Below, piece by piece: positions 25,236-39,854 of a stretch of 64,000 nt of DNA (position 1 is its first letter; every line of letters begins with the position of its first letter). The stretch comes from Octopus sinensis. Lineage: Eukaryota. The notes beneath the pieces were generated by a model. That model had not been told where the DNA came from and did not search any database. It was given only the letters and a program-made list of their open reading frames with translations. The stretch covers positions 1-64,000 of the forward strand of contig NW_021833575.1 in the NCBI RefSeq assembly GCF_006345805.1. Direction: 5' to 3'. The position numbers were made by a program, and so were the translations under genes.

Positions 25236-25560
25236 CATGCATACATACATACATACATACATACATACACTACAATACATACATACATACATACATACAT
25301 ACATACATACATGCATGCATACATACATACATACATGCATACATACATACATACATACATACATACATACATACATACATACACTACAATACATACATAC
25401 ATACATACATACATACATACATGCATGCATACATACATACATACATACATGCATGCATACATACATACATACATACATGCATGCATGCATGTATGCATAC
25501 ATACATACATAATGCATACCTACATACATACATACATACAATACAATACATACATATATG
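24710..25560. repeat. (TACA)n/(TGCA)n tetranucleotide array
   Basis: Direct reading; source of MYVC/HTYI ORFs. Confidence 0.97.
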
Positions 25561-25738
25561 TGCATAGCAATTTAGTACAAAACCACTCCATGGAACGATA
25601 GACAGACAGACAGACAGAGAGGGAGGGAGGGAGGGTAGGTAGGTAGGTAGGTAGGTAGGTAGGTAGGTAGATAAACAGAGACAGATAGACGAGAAACACC
25701 ATATAAGGGAAGATCGACAGAATCATCTGCCGATGTCG

Positions 25739-25797
<59 letters not shown>

Positions 25798-25859
25798 GTG
25801 TGTGTGTGTGTACGGCTATTTTTTACTACAAGCATATCTTCACTGCTTCTTCGTATGTT

Positions 25860-25898
<39 letters not shown>

Positions 25899-26479
25899 AG
25901 GGGAGGAGAGAAAGAAGAGGGGGAGAGAAACAGGGGTGAGAGAGGCTGCGGTAATACAAGAAGAATCCTGGATGTGACGGTCAGTGATACGAGAGATTTA
26001 CTGTCTTAAAGAAACTGTTTACGAAATGCTTCTCTCGTCCTTACACACACGCACACATAAATATAGGCACGTATATACACACATAGACATATGCACGTGC
26101 ATATATGTATTTGCTTCCCAACCACATGGTTCCGGGTTCAGTCCCACTGCGTGGCTCCTTGGACAAGTGTCTTCTACTACAGCCTCGGGCCGACCAATGC
26201 CTTGTGAGTGGATTTGGTAGAAGGAAACTGAAAGAAACCCGTCGTATACATACATACATACATACATACATATGTGTGTGTGTGTGTGTGTTGTGTGTGT
26301 GTGTGGTGTCCATGTGTACGTGTCTTTGTGTGTGTTTATCCCCCACAACTGCTTGACAACCAGTGTTGGTGTGTTTGCGTCCCCGTGACTTAGCCGTTCG
26401 GTAAAAGGGACCGATAGAATAAGTACCAGGCTTAAAAAAAGAAGTATTGGAGTCGATTTTTCGTTTGACTATTATGAGA

Positions 26480-26880
26480 GTTGAGTCACCCCAGAGATAA
26501 AAGATATAAAACTGATCGTGATTATTGGGACCGCCTGAAAACCTTGAATCTTTAATCTTTCCAACGCTGCATCATTTTCACAGTGTGTTGAATATCCCAC
26601 CAGCATTGGCTAAACGACCTTAAGGTCAGATTCAGAATCCCTCCAGGGCTAGGGCCCCGTGCCATGCACCCCTACGTAGTTCACGATCACAACACAAATT
26701 TGCTGCAACCCATTTTCTTTTTCTGCCCTATTTAAATAAATCGAAGAGAAAAAGGTGGCTTTTTTCTTCTTCAAAGGACACCAGATCAGTCACCTCTACC
26801 AAGATACATCTCAGTCAACAAAACCTCTCTAATTGAAAAGAACAGGGCCTGGGCTGCTCTTTGGCTGAAACATATCTCAG
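26480..26880 (+). mobile_element. CR1-like LINE 3' remnant
   Basis: DYWDRLKTLNL*SFQR resembles YWERLK.L.LYSLQRRR of CR1-group RT C-termini. Confidence 0.5.
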
Positions 26881-26955
26881 TTATCAAAGTTGATATCTAT
26901 CTATATATCTATCAGTCTGTCAGTCTCTCTCCCACTCTCTCTCTTTATATATATA

Positions 26956-27356
26956 GGCACAGGAGTGGCTGTGTGGTAAGTAGCTTGCTTACGAACCACA
27001 TGGTTCCGGGTACAGTCCCACAGCGTGGCACCTTGGGAAAGTGTCTTCAACTATAGCCTCGGGCCGATCAAAGCCTTGTGAGTGGATTTGGTAGACGGAA
27101 ACTGAAAGAAGCCCGTCGTATATATGTATGTATATATATTTGTGTGTGTGTGTGTTTGTGTGTCTGCGTTTGTCTCCCTAGCATTGCTTGACGACCGATG
27201 CTGGTGTGTTTGCGTCCCCGTAACTTAGCGGTTTGGCAAAAGAGACCAATAGAATAAGTACTAGGCTTACAAAGAATAAGTCCTGGGGTCGATTTGCTCG
27301 ACTAAAGGCGGTGCTCCAGCATGGCCGCAGTCAAATGACAGAAACAAGTAAAAGAG
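26956..27356 (+). mobile_element. SINE family A, full copy
   Basis: Canonical blocks. Confidence 0.92.
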
Positions 27357-27461
27357 ATGTATGTATGTATTTGTAAAAGATTAGCATTTGGAACCGTTAA
27401 TCTAGACACGTTTTTGCCCTCTTTCTGTTTCTTTTTTTCTCTCCGGTTTCGTTCCTCATTC

Positions 27462-27497
27462 CTTTCTGACAAAGAGCAGAGACTCGAAACGTCAAAG
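27462..27497 (+). ncRNA. Minimal hammerhead-like motif (G8>A)
   Basis: cttt-CTGACAA-a-GAG cagaga CTC-GAAAC-GTC-aaag; perfect 4-bp stem I. Confidence 0.6.
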
Positions 27498-27604
27498 ACT
27501 TTTCCATTTTTTTTCAGAGTATCAAACTAGTACACCTTGTTCACTGTTACTTCACCTATCTTTGTCTTTTGCTTTTTGCACATTTCAATCATATATATAT
27601 TATT

Positions 27605-27835
27605 TTTTATAATTATGAATATAATTATAACTAGGGTTCAGCAAAAAATCTGCTTCGCCACATACCGAAGAAAATTTTGTGCTGAACCCTAATTATAATT
27701 ATATTCATAATTATAAAAGATATTGTTTAAGTTTACCGAAAATGGTCCTTTTAACATGCCGAATACTACTTGGTGGAATTATTAATTACTAATTAATTAA
27801 TTAATTAATTTTACCCTTTATTGTTATTGATAGTA
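27605..27835. mobile_element. AT-rich hairpin (27605-27718) plus a segment homologous to the 546-bp array unit
   Basis: Arms TTTTATAATTATGAATATAATTATAA.TAGGGTTCAGCA / TGCTGAACCCTAATTATAATTATATTCATAATTATAAAA; 27720-27835 (minus) resembles 50671-50760. Confidence 0.7.
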
Positions 27836-27939
27836 TATATATATATTGTATTGTATTGGCATCCTTTCTGTCTCGGGAGACAATGGAGTTGCGCATGAAG
27901 TAGTCTAGTCCGGCTTTTATATTTCATGTCCTGGTACAT

Positions 27940-28250
27940 TTCCTGGATCAAGGAGATGTTATTTGCTGATGATGCCGCTCTGGTAACACACACAGAAGAA
28001 GCCCTCCAAAGGCTCATTAACTGTTTTGAGCAAGCATGTAACGACTTTGGCTTAGCTATCAGCCTTAAGAAGACCAACATCATGGGCCAGGCTACATCGG
28101 ACATCCCAAACATACATATTGGAGACCACAGATTACAAGAGGTGGAGAAGTTTACCTATCTGGGCTCTACCGTCACCTACAACCTATCCCTTGACGCTGA
28201 GCTCAATATACGCATTGGCAAGGCAGCTGCTGCGATGGCCCAACTCTCCA
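27940..28250 (+). mobile_element. RTE-clade LINE reverse transcriptase fragment
   Basis: [60 protein letters not shown]; ends in (TA)n. Confidence 0.92.
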
Positions 28251-28298
<48 letters not shown>

Positions 28299-28323
28299 TA
28301 TATATATATATATATATAATATA

Positions 28324-28411
<88 letters not shown>

Positions 28412-28800
28412 TATATATATATATATATATATGATATATAGGTACATACATATATGCGTATATATATATATTATATATGATATATAGGTACATACATATA
28501 TGCGTATATATATATATATATATACATATGATATATATGTACGTTATTGTTTTTTGTATTTTATATTCGTGTGGCATCGTCCGTTTTTCTGTCCCTGTTT
28601 CGTATACATTCGATCCTTCTTCCAAGAAATCTAATGCTCGTAGCTTAGTTTTTCCTTGGGGCTGGCCGGATCGGAGCGATCTCAAGATTAATCAGCCGAA
28701 ATTGCTTGGATGATCCGGTTCTTGACTGAACATTAAGAGCTTCGTGTTTTTTGTATCGTCTTCTAAATGTTTTACGTTCTTGTCCCAGTTTGTAATTTTT

Positions 28801-28846
<46 letters not shown>

Positions 28847-29129
28847 AATATTATATATATATATATACACATATACATATATGCATATATATATACGTAT
28901 GTGTGTGTGTGGTGTGTTGTGTGTGTGTGCGTATGTGTGTATGTAGTTATATATTTCCGAGATGCATTCCGAAGCGCCAGTTATAACTGTCCTAGATTCT
29001 TTTAATTTTAGTATATCAATATTATGCATCTAATAAGCTGACCCGTTGAGTTTTGTTACTGCAGATAGAAGGCAGCTGTAGCAGCGCTTTCAACACACCC
29101 TGATATACGCGGCTTGTCAAAGCTTTGTA

Positions 29130-30436
29130 ATTTGCAGAATGCAGTCGAGAGACAGGAAGTCAATTCGGAAGCTCGCTACGCAATTTCACTGTGTAAAACT
29201 TAGCCAAAACCTAACTGAAACTTACGCTATGCTTCTGGATTAACTTACATGAGCCGAACATCTGTTGAACTCTGGCACAAGAGGTTCAAGTGCAAGAGGA
29301 AGGAGTTGATAGAGGTTGAGAGGTGTGGCGGTGAGAGGGGCGTCAGAACATCAGAACTGGTTGAGGAAATTCCTAATTCTCTGAGGGAAGACCGTCGTGT
29401 TTCCATGAAGACAATAATGATAGAGTCTGGAGTTGTTGAGGCGACAGGACACAATAATTCAGAAAGATCTGGACATACTCTTTTACTTGTTTCAGTCATT
29501 TGACTGCGGCCATGCTGGAGCACCGCCTTTAATCGAGCAACTCGACCCCAGGACTTATTCTTTTTTGTAATCCCAGTACTTATTCTATCGGTCTCTTTTG
29601 CCAAAGTGCTAAGTAACGGGGACATAAACACACCAGCATCGGTTGTCAAGCAATGCTAGGGGGACAAACACAGACACACAAACACACACGTATATACATA
29701 TATATATACGACAGGCTTAAAATCTGCGTAAAATGTGTGCAAAGTTTGTTCCCTGGGTGCTCAGTAACGATGCGTTGGTGACGGCAGAAACATGGTGAAG
29801 CTCATTACCCCCAATCCAAGATTACATGAGCCTCTGGTGATCTGTTACAAAAGCTGGATCTACTGTTATGATCCAGAGACGAAGAGACAGAGTACCCAAT
29901 AGAAGCATGCTGGCTCCCTACAGACTCAAGAAGGCCAAGCAAAGTAAGTCCACCAGAAAGTGCATGATTTCCACTTTTCCCACCGCAAGGGCATCATCCA
30001 CATCCACTGAGTTCGTTCTGGAGAGAGACCGTCATCAAAGGGCACTTCGTGAAGGTTTTGAGAGAGTTCAGGAACAGACTTCATCGCAAAAGGCCAGAGC
30101 TCTCGCACTCAGGGCGTTGGCACCTGCACCAAGACAATGCACCAGTTTGCAATTCCATCCTGGTAACCAACTACTTGACAGAGAAGCGTATCAAAACTGT
30201 TCCTCACCCTTCCTACAATCCAGCCCATGTTCCCTGTGCCTTTTGGATATTCCTCAAGCTGAAGGAGAACCTCGGGGGCAGTGATTTTCAAGCCCTTCAG
30301 AAGATGAAGGAGGCTGTGATAAGAGTCCAGGACACCTTCGATTTGGCGGACGTCTATGCAGCCTTCACGAAGTGGCTGGAGGTCTACAACAAGTGCATTG
30401 AAGTCATAGGATCCTACTTTGAAAGAGATCAGAGTG
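29130..30436 (+). mobile_element. Decayed mariner transposon interrupted by a SINE A 3' half (~29480-29715)
   Basis: HTH region MSRTSVELWHKRFK..REDRRVS; WIYCYDPETKRQS; WHLHQDNAPV..HPSYNPAHVPCAFWIFLKLKENLGG..YNKCIEVIGSYFE. Confidence 0.9.
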
Positions 30437-31324
30437 ATATTGCAGGTGTGATGTTGCTGTTCTTGTTTAGCCCTAGGTCACTTCTTAACGCGCAAACCCA
30501 AATAGTCAAATACATAACACCCATTATCCCGTTAATTATTCAACTTCCTCGTTTCCATCAATGTCGAGACAACCCAATAGAAACTTCCTAATTGCTATCA
30601 CTTTTTAACTGAAGCAGCTGTTGGTCGACCACAATACACTTAACATTATTCATGACGCTCCACTCATGACCATCCCCGTTTGCATATATGCATATATTTT
30701 ATTTTCAGACGTAATATACTTAGTGTAACATCATCCAGTTTCTATACACGGATGTGTGTGTGTGCGTGTGTGTGTGTATATCTTTTATCTTTTACATATT
30801 TCAGTAATCAGACTACGGCCACGCTGGAGCATCACCTTCAAGAATTTTCAGTTAAATGAATCGATCCCAGTACTTATTTTTTGTTAAGTCTAATACTTTT
30901 TCTACCGGCCTCTTTTTGTCGAATTGCTGCGTTGCGGGGACGTAAACAAGCCAACACCGGTTGTCAAGCGATGGTGGAGGACAAACAAAGACACAAAGAC
31001 ACACACACACATACGACGGCCTTCCGCACAGTTTCCATTTACCAATTTCACTCGTAAGGCATTGATCGCTCCGGGGCTATAGTAGAAGACTCTTGTCCAA
31101 GGTGCTATGCACTGAGACTGAACCCGAAACTGCTTGATTACAGGGCATGGTAAAAGGTAAAGTTGGCCCCGGTGGGATTTGAACCCAAAACAGAAAAGAA
31201 CCTGGAAAAATATCACATAACTCGTTTATTCCGATACTCTCACGATTCTGCCAGCTCGCCGCTTTTAATAATACTTTCGACTTATCGACCCCAGGGTACT
31301 GTGTTATATCGACCTCGAAGGATA

Positions 31325-31732
31325 TGTAGTGACGCTACTGTGTAAGTTTCAGCGCACATGCGCAGAATTGGATTTTCCTCCTGCACATGTGCAGGAACTG
31401 AAACCTAAAAAGCTGACCGCTAAATCGCCCTTTCTAGCGGTCGGATGTGGCTTGACTTTCACTCAGAGAACCTCACCCCAACGAAGCGGGAGCGAACCGA
31501 CGAATCGTCTTGACTCGCAACAAGAAAGCACCGCAACCAGTCCTGCGGATTCGGCTGCCGGCTTCCCACCAGAGATACACGTGCACTAGTTCTTACCTGT
31601 AACCGCAGAATAAACCACCACTTACTGTGATCGTAGACCGCCTGACTTTGTCTCTGTTTACTCTACTTAAATTGTATGTGACAGGATCAGATCGGACACC
31701 CCTCCAGTGTTCCTGAACATCATCCTGTTACA
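31325..31732 (+). mobile_element. Solo LTR (408 bp, probably Ty3/gypsy)
   Basis: Starts TGTAG, ends GTTACA; 4-bp direct repeat GATA on both sides (31321-31324, 31733-31736); internal AATAAA near 31608. Confidence 0.7.
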
Positions 31733-31749
31733 GATATAAGGCCAAGTCA

Positions 31750-32250
31750 ACTTGGCGGAATCAGAACGTAAAGACGGACAAAATGCTACTAAGCATTTGT
31801 TCCGACGTGTTAACAACTCCGCCAACTCGCCGCCTTTTAATGATAATAATAATAATAATAATATAATAATAATAATTCTTTTTACTATAGACGCAAGGCC
31901 TGGAATTTTGGGAAAGGGAGCTGGCTACTCGATTACTCCGATTCTAGTATTCAACTGCTACCTATTCTATTGACCCCAAAAGGATGAAAGTCGACATATG
32001 CGGAATTTGAACTCAGAACGTCTGGACAGACGAAATGCCGCTAAGCATTTTGCCCGGCGAGCTAACGATTCTGTCAGCTCACTGCCTTAACAAAAATATT
32101 GCTTTCAGATTTTGTCACAAGGCCAGCAATTTCAGGGGAAGCGGGTAAGTCGATTACATCGACCCCAGTACTCAACTGGTATTTATTTTTATCGACCCAC
32201 CCCTGAAAGGATGAAAGACAAAGTTGACCTCGGCAGAATTTGAACCTAGA
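31750..32250 (-). mobile_element. Cluster of SINE family B-like units
   Basis: Repeated GAAAG..GTCGAC/CGGAATTTGAACTCAGAACGT blocks. Confidence 0.8.
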
Positions 32251-32794
32251 ACCAAAAGACGGTATGTTATCGTCATTGTGTTAATGCAGAAGATCTGGCT
32301 GCTATTTCTAGTAGGTCGAAACACTCCAGCAGGTTCGCCGAATCAATGTTTCAGCGCATGTTTGTGTGTGTGCGTGTATGGGAGGGTGTATTTGTGCATT
32401 TGTGTGTCTATGTGAATACGTGTGCATCTGCGTGTGTGTATTTTGGGAAGCGAGAGGTAAAGTGTGTGTGTGTGTATGGGAGAGGACGTGTGTGTGTATG
32501 TGTGTGTATGAGAGAGAGAGAGAGAAACAGATATTACTCGTGCATATTTGGGTGCGTGTGTGTATCAGAGTTTCTATACGTGTGAGGGAGAGATAGTTTG
32601 TGTGCGTGTGTGTGTTTGTGTGTGTGTGTGTATGTGTGTGTGTGTGTTTGTGTGTATATGTGTGCGTGTGAGTGTGTGCGTGTGTGTGTTTGTGTGCGTG
32701 TGTGTGTTTGTGTGTGTGTGTGTTTGTGTGCGTGTGTGTGTTTGTGTGTGTGTGTGTTTGTGTGCGTGTGTGTGTTTGTGTGCGTGTGTTTGTT

Positions 32795-32833
<39 letters not shown>

Positions 32834-33330
32834 TAGTGCATGCGCGTGCGTGGTGTGTGCGAGTGTTTTCGATTGTGTCTGTGTGAGAAAGAGTTAAAGA
32901 ATGTGTGCGGGTATGTGTGCGGGGTGGTATGTGCGGGTATGTGTGTGTTTACGTACGCTTATGCATGTGTTTACGTATTTTTGTATATGTTTGAAGGAGC
33001 GGACAAGACTGAGAGAGAGAGAGAGAGAGAGAGAGACAAGCACAGAGAGAGAGGCAGAGAGAAAGAGAGTGCGAAGTGTGTGTGTGTGTGTGTATATGTG
33101 TGCGTGTATGTCGGTGTATGGTCATGGATCCTTTTCAGAGTGAATATGTGATGTGTGGCTGGCATATACATACATACATACATATATATATATACATATA
33201 TACTTATGTATATATATACATATACGCATATATATATATATTATATATATATATATATTATATATATAATATACATACACATATATACAGATACATATAC
33301 ATATATGTATACATAAATACATACATACAG

Positions 33331-33374
<44 letters not shown>

Positions 33375-33454
33375 TATATATATTTGTATCTATATATGTT
33401 ATATATATATATGTGTATGTGTGTGTACATACATATATACATATATATACATAC

Positions 33455-33530
<76 letters not shown>

Positions 33531-34165
33531 TAAATGGAGGGAGCTTCTGACATCTTCGATCACCCCACCTGTGCTAGAACAACAGCCAGGTTTTAAAATA
33601 TACTCTAAATAAAACAAAGTAATATAATACAGGGTTGTTAAGTCAACACCCAGCCATGGCACAACGAACTGTGAAATGTCGGTATAATTATTTATTAAAT
33701 TACTCGAGCAATTAGCGCTAAATGTGTGTGTGTGTGTGTGTGTGTTTTATGTTTTATTTGTTTCAGTCATTTCACTGCGACCATGCTGGAGCACGTGTTG
33801 AAGACTTTTATTCATATTTTCTTTCATAAAACCTAATACTCATTCTATCAATTTATTTTGCCGAATAACCAAGTTATGCAATGTCATGCGATAGTGTGTG
33901 ACAAATACACCCACACACAAAGACATATACCCCGCCACACACACACATACATATGTATACATATATATATGGGTTACACGTTACGTATGAACGGATGTGT
34001 TTGTCGGTGTGTGTGTGTGTACATATACATATATGGAGTAGACGTGTACCAATGCGTTTAGTCGGCTGGGCCTAAGAGGACCCGGAGGACTCTTCAAAGT
34101 CGTAGGACCATGTTAACTCGCCTACGCCGACTCCTGTTTTGACCAGACTATACGGACTAATATAA

Positions 34166-34372
34166 AAGGCGGCAAGCTGGCAGAAACGTTAGCGTGCCGG
34201 GCGAAATGCGTAGCCGTATTTCGTCTGCCGTTACGTTCTGGGTTCAAGTTCCGCCGAGGTTGACTTTGTCTTTCATCCTTTCGGGGTCGATAAATTAAGT
34301 ACCAGTAACGCACTGGGGGCGATGTAATCGACTTAATCCGTTTGTCTGTCCTTGTTTGTCCCCTCTATGTTT
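34166..34372 (+). mobile_element. SINE family B
   Basis: Canonical blocks. Confidence 0.9.
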
Positions 34373-34482
34373 ATATATATATATATATATACAGAATATG
34401 AGGGTTTAGTGGGTTTAGTTCATTGGTGATCTAAACGGATAGGTACGCTGGGTAAGTGTTGGAACGGATTATCAGGATTCCA

Positions 34483-34525
<43 letters not shown>

Positions 34526-34526
34526 T

Positions 34527-34573
<47 letters not shown>

Positions 34574-34574
34574 T

Positions 34575-34640
<66 letters not shown>

Positions 34641-34885
34641 CCCAGGATCAAGCATAGGTTTGCTCAACAAAGTCTGGGGGCGGATTCTAGACAATAACAA
34701 CAAGCAACCACGACAACAACAACAAACACAAGCGTAACAGCGAGGGCACTGGTCTTGTTGGAAATAGCAGTCAAATCTCTCACAGATCACATCAACCGTC
34801 AGGCAAAAATAAACATATAAAACTACACATATGCACTGTCTTAAGTTCCCTGTCCTTAGTTGTATCAGTAGCAGCGGCGGTGGTG

Positions 34886-34928
<43 letters not shown>

Positions 34929-35079
34929 CGGCAGCAGCCATAGTGATTTGTGATTTCGGCACAAACAAAACAATTTGGCGGTTAGTCAAAACAAAGTGTT
35001 GATTAGTCGGTAATATTGACACCAGAGCTTAAATAGGTACACAGTAATAATAGTAGTAGTAATAGTAATAATAATAACC

Positions 35080-35982
35080 CTTTGTACTATAGGCACAAGG
35101 GCTGACATTTTGTGGGGAGGGGACTAGTCGATTACATCGACCCTTGCTTCACTGGTACTTAATTTATCGACCCCGAAACGGTGAAAGACAAGGTCAACCT
35201 CCATGGCATTTGATGTCGCTAAGCATTTTACCCGGCGTGCCAGCGATTCTGCCATAAACACAGAGGGAAGGAATTAAGTGCGTTACATCGACCCCAGTGC
35301 GTAACTGGTACTTATTTAATCGACCCCGAGAGGATGAAAGGCAAAGTCGACCTCGGCGGAATTTGAACTCAGAACGTAAAGACAGACGAAATGCCTATTT
35401 TTTTACTGCCCACAAGGGGCTAAACATAAAGGGGACAAACAAGGACAGACAAACGGATTAAGTCGATTATATCGACCCCAGTGCGTAACTGGTACTTATT
35501 TAATCGACCCCGAAACGATGAAAGGCAAAGTCGACCTCGGCGGAATTTGAACTCAGAACGTAGCGGCAGACGAAATACGGCTACGCATTTCGCCCGGCGT
35601 GCTAACGTTTCTACTAAAGGCACAAGGCCTAAAATTTTGGGGGGAAGTGAGTAAGTCGGTTACATCGACCTCAGTACTCAACTGGTACTTAATTAATATC
35701 GACCCCGAAAGGATGAAAGGGAAAGTTGACCTCGGCGGAATTTGAACTCAGAACGTAAGGACGGACGAAATGCTGCTAAGCATTTCACCCGGCTTGCTAA
35801 CGCTTCTGCCAGCTCCCTTTCTGTTATAAGCACAAGGTTTGAAATCTGGGGGGAACGACGCTAGTGGATTACATCGACCCCAGTGCTCCACTGGTACTTA
35901 TTTCATAAACCCCTAAAGATGAAAGGCGAAGTCGAGGTCGGAGAAATTTGAACTCGGGACGTGAAGACAGATCAAATGCCGC

Positions 35983-36017
<35 letters not shown>

Positions 36018-36270
36018 TAATAATAATAATAATAATTTATGGTTTCAAATTTTGCTACAAGGGCAGCAATTCTGGGGGAGGAGATGAGTTGAATTCATCA
36101 ACCCCAGTCTTCTTTACTTATTTTATCGATCCCGACCGGATGAAAGGCAAAGTCAACCTTGACAGCATTTGAACCCAGAACACACAGATGGGTGAAATGT
36201 CGCTAAACATTTCGCCCGGTGTGCTCACGATTCTGCCAGCTTGTGGCCCTACTACTATTACTGCTGCTGT

Positions 36271-36319
<49 letters not shown>

Positions 36320-36577
36320 GTTACTGCTGCTGCTGCTGCTACTACTACTACTAATAATAATAATTTCAAATTTTGCAACAAGGTCAGCAGTTTTGATGGG
36401 AGGGGATATGTCGATTACATCAACCCCAGTGTTTCACTGGTACGTAATTTATCGACCCCGAGGGGGATGAAAAGCAAAGTCGACCTCGGCAGAATTTGAA
36501 CTCAGACCGTCGAGACGGACCGAAAATGCCGCTAAGCTTTTTGTCCAGCGCGCTAACAACTCTGCCAGCTCGCCGCC

Positions 36578-36600
<23 letters not shown>
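35080..36600 (-). mobile_element. Head-to-tail array of about 7 SINE family B-like units with (AAT)n/(TAC)n spacers
   Basis: GAAAGGCAAAGTCGACCTCGG-like block at ~35186, 35335, 35518, 35712, 35918, 36138 and 36466, all in one orientation. Confidence 0.9.
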
Positions 36601-36622
<22 letters not shown>

Positions 36623-37468
36623 TAATAATAACAATAATAATAATAGTAGTAGTAGTAGTAGTAGTAGTAATAATAATAATAATAATAATGTGATGCATGT
36701 GCCTGGTGTACCCTTATCAGACGGGTAGTCATGATGGGTATATTGGGCTTCGTATATTTTACCCCAGTGTCACTTTGATGGCATGAACTGCTCTCTCACT
36801 CAATAATAATAATAATAACAACAACAGTAGTAGTAGTAGTAGTAGTAGTAGTAGTCCTTTCTACTATAGGCACAAGGCCTGAAATTTGAAGGGGGACTTA
36901 TTTCATCGACCCCGAAAGGTAATAATTCTTTTAAAGTTTGGCACAAGACTGATACTTTTAAGCAAAGGAGAAGTCGGTCACATTGGTCCCAGGACTTGTT
37001 TCGTACTTAATTTTATCGACCTCCGCAGGAAAAACAGTGAAATTGGAACTCAGAATATAAACATCCGGAAATACTTATTTTACAAAGAAGAGTGACCATG
37101 GTGCTGGTGCGAGTTTTTGTCATATATAGGTTTCTACTTGTCCATGGCCTAGCTGCAGCAAAGCAACAACCCTCAGACATATGTATGTGTGTATGTGTAT
37201 GTGTGTATATATGTGTCTATACATATACGCACACACACAAACACACATATATGTTACATACATGCATGCATGAGCATTTACACAGACATGCATGCATAAA
37301 TATATACACACGTATATAAACATCCATACATGCATACATACATACATACATAAATACATACATACATGTTGACACATACATATATAAATACATACATTGA
37401 CACACGTAAACACATACATACATACATACATACATACATGCATGCATACATACACACACACACATACA

Positions 37469-37502
<34 letters not shown>

Positions 37503-38989
37503 CAAAGATACATGTTGGCACATACATACATAAGTACATACATTGACACACATAAACACATACATACATACATACAAACATATATGCATGCATTCATACA
37601 TACATACATACATACATACATACATACACACATACATTCATACATACATACATACATACATACATACATACATACATACATACATACATAAGTACACATG
37701 TATGTACACACATACACACCCGTGTCTATACCCATCCACGTGCGCACACCCAGCAAACATCAGCACACACCCTAACACCGACAACACCAGTAGCAGTTCG
37801 ATTTCTACGTGAAGTATCACACCCAGGTGGAGTACAGAACTGAAAAATGAAATACGGAAGAAAACAGACAACAAAACAAGAAAAAACATCATCAACAACA
37901 ACAAAGGGACGCGCAACGAGACCCGGAACTCCAACCCTGCTCACTGACCCTTGTTTATAAATTCTAGGAGTAGTACTTACCTCTGATAATTGCCGCACCC
38001 GCTACTATTCCTGCAGGTAAAAACCGTTTGATGGCCTTCTGCTTTTCGTCCCAAGAATATATCAATAATTTCCTGGATTAGTAACACGTACAAGCAAAAT
38101 ACTAAAATTTCCGCTACGGGAATCATACATAAGTAAGGTTCTTGGATTCTAGAAATTTAAGGGCGAGCGAAACCGAAAATGGACCATTTGGTTATCGTTT
38201 CTTTTTTGTTTGTTTTCTATTTAATTTTTCCTCTTTTATTCCCTTGTTTTAAGAATCCTTGTTTAGGTATTTTCCTTCCTTGTTTTTCTTGTATAAGAAT
38301 TCGTCTTCTTATTTCTTTGAGGGGTTATACTCTTCAAATTCTAATTCTTCTTCTTCCAATGTATGTAAACATATATTCTTTTCTTTTCTTGTTAATTTTT
38401 CCCTCGTATTTTGTATAAATCTCGTATAATCCACACTTGTGCAATTCCTTTGCTGGGTATCTTCAAATTAATTTTTCTTAATTCATTCGTTTACATTAAA
38501 AAAATACACAAGAATTTCTATCATTTTTCTCCCTTATCTACTTCTTTATATCTCCCTAAACATCTATATATATCTCTATATATATATATATATCTAAATA
38601 CATCTATGTATACACACATCTACAGCTATCTATTACTACAGAAATCTAGGAACGACTCTAAGAATGTGTTCTGCTTATCTATGTATCTATCTGTATATTT
38701 ATGTATCTGTCAACATATGTATTTATTTATATGTGTATGTGTACATATATGAATAAATATTTCTCTATACAGCTATATATATTTATCTAACTATCTATGC
38801 TTCCATCTAAAGGTGTAGACTAGTTGGTTATAAATGCATGAAACATGTAACTATCTATCTATCGTTCTGTACTTTCTGTCTATTCGTCCGTCTGTCTATT
38901 CGTCCGTTCGTCCGACTAAACTATCTGTCCGTCTATCTACTTTATAGTATCTTTTCCCCGATTCTCTAGCTCTTCTCTCTCTCACTCTA

Positions 38990-39820
38990 CCTCTCACTAT
39001 GTCTATATCTATCTCCACCTCTCTCTCTCTATCTATCTCTCTGTCTCTCCGTCTCTCGCGCGCCTATACTCCTTACACATCCTTCTTATCTTTCTCCTTT
39101 CTTCTCTCACTCTTTCTGTCTCTCGCTCTTTCTCTCTCTCACACACACAAGCACACACATCCTTCCTATCTTCTTGCCTTCTTCTCTCACTCTCTCACTC
39201 TATCTCACACACACGCGCACCCTTTCTAAATTTTCCTCTTTTCTCGTCTCTCTCTTTCTTTCACAAACTCACACACACACACTACCCATCCTTTACACCT
39301 TCCCCTTTATTCTCTCTTTCTTCTTTTCTCTCTCTCTCTCTTTCACAAACACAAACACGCACTCACATACATACCAGTCCTTTATATCTCACCCCTTCTC
39401 TCTCTCTCTCTCTACTCCCTCTGCCTTCCTCCTTCCTCTACTCATTCTCAACTATCTTCTCCCTCTTCCTCTCTCATTCACTTTCACTCTCTCTCTTTCT
39501 CTCTTCCTCTCTCATTCACTTTCACTCTCTCTCTCTTTCTCTCTCATTCACTTTCACTCTCTCTCTTTCTCTCTCATTCACTTTCACTCTCTCTCTTCCT
39601 CTCTCATTCACTTTCACTCTCTCCCTCTTCCTCTCTCATTCACTTTCACTCTCTCTCTTTCTCTCTTCCTCTCTCATTCACTTTCACTCTCTCTCTCTCT
39701 TTCTCTCTCAATCTATCTCTCTGTCTATCTTTATTTCACACCGACTCTTTCTATCACTCTATCTCACTCTCTACCTATCTGACTCTCTTCCACCACCTCT
39801 CTCCTTCCCTTCCTCTGTCA

Positions 39821-39854
<34 letters not shown>

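Noticed and set aside
24501-25601. Long MYVC/HTYI ORFs
   Set aside because: Translation of (TACA)n arrays.
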